A stretch of DNA of 17,183 bases, from the NCBI GenBank assembly GCA_036479435.1, contig JAZGFI010000161.1:1-17183 (forward strand), in the 5' to 3' direction. The position numbers and the translations under genes were made by a program. The notes beneath the pieces are model-generated. The model saw only the letters and a program-made list of their open reading frames with translations. It ran no database searches and had not been told where the DNA came from. Positions 15,785 to 17,183 of this stretch are shown here, piece after piece. Source of the DNA: Planctomycetota bacterium. Its GTDB lineage: Bacteria; Planctomycetota; GCA-002687715; DRQF01. Numbering within the stretch: position 1 is the stretch's first letter; every line of letters starts with the position of its first letter.

Positions 15785-17183
15785 ATGGCGCCGCCCAACA
15801 GTTCCGCTTCTGACGACGAAGAACGAGTCGAAAGTGAAGTTCCAACGAAGGCTCCTGGTGGTGCCACCGGGGAACGCCAGGATGCGCCTCGGCGCATCTC
15901 TCATTTTCGGCTCCTAGAGTTGCTGGGAAGTGGCGGCCAGGGCGAAGTCTATGTTGCGGAAGATCAGAAACTCGGCCGGCGGGTCGCGCTGAAGATTTTG
16001 AGTCGGCGCTTCGACTTTGCCGATGGCAACGCAAAGTCCTTAGTGCGCGCACGATTTGAACGCGAAGCCGAGATCTTGGCGCGACTCGATCATCCGGGGA
16101 TCTGTGCGGTCTACGAGTTTGGCTACGACGGCGCTATTCCCTGGTTGTCGATGCGCTTGGTGGAAGGTCGCCCTCTCGATCGGTCGATCGCCAAGAGTCG
16201 CGGGGCTGACCGAAGTGAGTCGGCGGCGACGCAAGTTGAGTTGCGACTCGATTCAAAAGCTCTTGACGACGCCAAGACGCGCAAACTCAAGACTCCGTCC
16301 TTTGCCGCCACCGAGTCTGTTGGGCCCACGAACCCCGCTCGCGATGAAATCAGCGCAATCTTAAGAGTCATTGAAACCGCAGCCTTGGCCCTACACGCGG
16401 CGCACCAAGCGGGCCTTGTTCATCGCGACGTGAAGCCCGGTAACATCATGGTGACACCCGAAGGACAGGCAGTTTTGTTGGATTTTGGTTTGGCCCAGGA
16501 CACCAAGGACGAGGGACCGGCGCTTACGATGACGGGCGATTTCTTGGGAACGCCTTCGTACATGTCGCCGGAGCAGTTCGATGCCGGAGCCACACCCGTT
16601 GATCGCCGTTCTGACGTCTACTCCTTGGGCGCTACTTTGTTTGAGTGCTTAAGCCTTCGCCGGCCCTTCCAAGCGCCGACTCGTGACGAGCTGCGTCGCG
16701 CGGTTCATATAGAACCGACGCCGGACTTGCGACGACTCAACGGCGCGGTCAGCCGTGACCTCGCCACGGTTGTGGCTTGTGCGATGGAGAAAGACCCGAA
16801 CCGCCGCTATCAGACAATGCAGAGCTTCGCGGACGACCTCAGACACGTCCTCGCCTTCGAGCCTGTACTGGCACGGCCCGTGGGATCATTCACCAAGACC
16901 TGGCGTTGGGGGCAACGCAATCCCGTGGTCGCGAGTCTCGTGGCTGCCCTCGCGTTGTTTCTGCTGGTTGGCGTGGCTTGGACGAGCTGGAAGAACCGCG
17001 AACTCGCAAGACTCAATACTAGCCTCGTCGACGCGAACATCGATCTTGAGACCAGTACCAATGAAGCCAGGCGCTTGGCAAAGATCGCCCGCGACGAAAC
17101 GACCGCCAAAACCCAAGCGCTTGCCGAGTACCAAAAGATGGCCGACGCGCGACGGCTGGAAAACGCTGATCGTGAAGCTAGGC
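15785..17183 (+). CDS. Hanks-type Ser/Thr protein kinase with a TM helix and a following coiled coil; 3' end lies beyond the window
   Basis: Manual translation from ATG 15785 (GAGGA upstream): RISHFRLLELLGSGGQGEVYVAED, RRVALKIL, RFEREAEILARLDHPGI, HRDVKPGNIMV (16421), DFGLA (16481), GTPSYMSPEQ, DVYSLG, KDPNRRY, then RNP followed by TM VVASLVAALALFLLVGVAW. The frame stays open to the window end, so it is missing from the ORF track. Confidence 0.97.
   Translation, partial: MAPPNSSASDDEERVESEVPTKAPGGATGERQDAPRRISHFRLLELLGSGGQGEVYVAEDQKLGRRVALKILSRRFDFADGNAKSLVRARFEREAEILARLDHPGICAVYEFGYDGAIPWLSMRLVEGRPLDRSIAKSRGADRSESAATQVELRLDSKALDDAKTRKLKTPSFAATESVGPTNPARDEISAILRVIETAALALHAAHQAGLVHRDVKPGNIMVTPEGQAVLLDFGLAQDTKDEGPALTMTGDFLGTPSYMSPEQFDAGATPVDRRSDVYSLGATLFECLSLRRPFQAPTRDELRRAVHIEPTPDLRRLNGAVSRDLATVVACAMEKDPNRRYQTMQSFADDLRHVLAFEPVLARPVGSFTKTWRWGQRNPVVASLVAALALFLLVGVAWTSWKNRELARLNTSLVDANIDLETSTNEARRLAKIARDETTAKTQALAEYQKMADARRLENADREAR

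Noticed and set aside
1..17183. CRISPR array, tRNA/rRNA, transposase or integrase
   Set aside because: No regularly spaced repeats, RNA gene signatures or mobile-element motifs were seen.

Overview
GC-rich bacterial DNA, probably Planctomycetota; the taxonomy is inferred from the gene repertoire (Hanks kinase with a TM helix, secreted LRR protein, GGTGCCAGGCACC palindrome) and is not proven. From left to right: a glycerophosphodiester phosphodiesterase lipoprotein gene cut off by the window edge (- strand, absent from the ORF track); a DUF1016/YhcG PD-(D/E)XK nuclease pseudogene with one frameshift and two nonsense codons; a membrane-anchored alpha/beta hydrolase; and a complete, translationally coupled eight-gene MoxR-DUF58-hypothetical-BatA-BatB-BatC-BatD-BatE operon (- strand). 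Divergently on the + strand lie a 738-aa exported protein with a CxxC-less thioredoxin-like domain, a His/Cys insert and helical repeats; a secreted LRR-only protein preceded by a structured intergenic region; and a transmembrane Ser/Thr kinase cut off by the window edge (also absent from the ORF track). The best leads are the possible metal-binding client sitting head-to-head with the MoxR/VWA chaperone operon, Gln at +1 in all five predicted signal peptidase I substrates, and the secreted LRR plus TM kinase pair. All of these are hypotheses.
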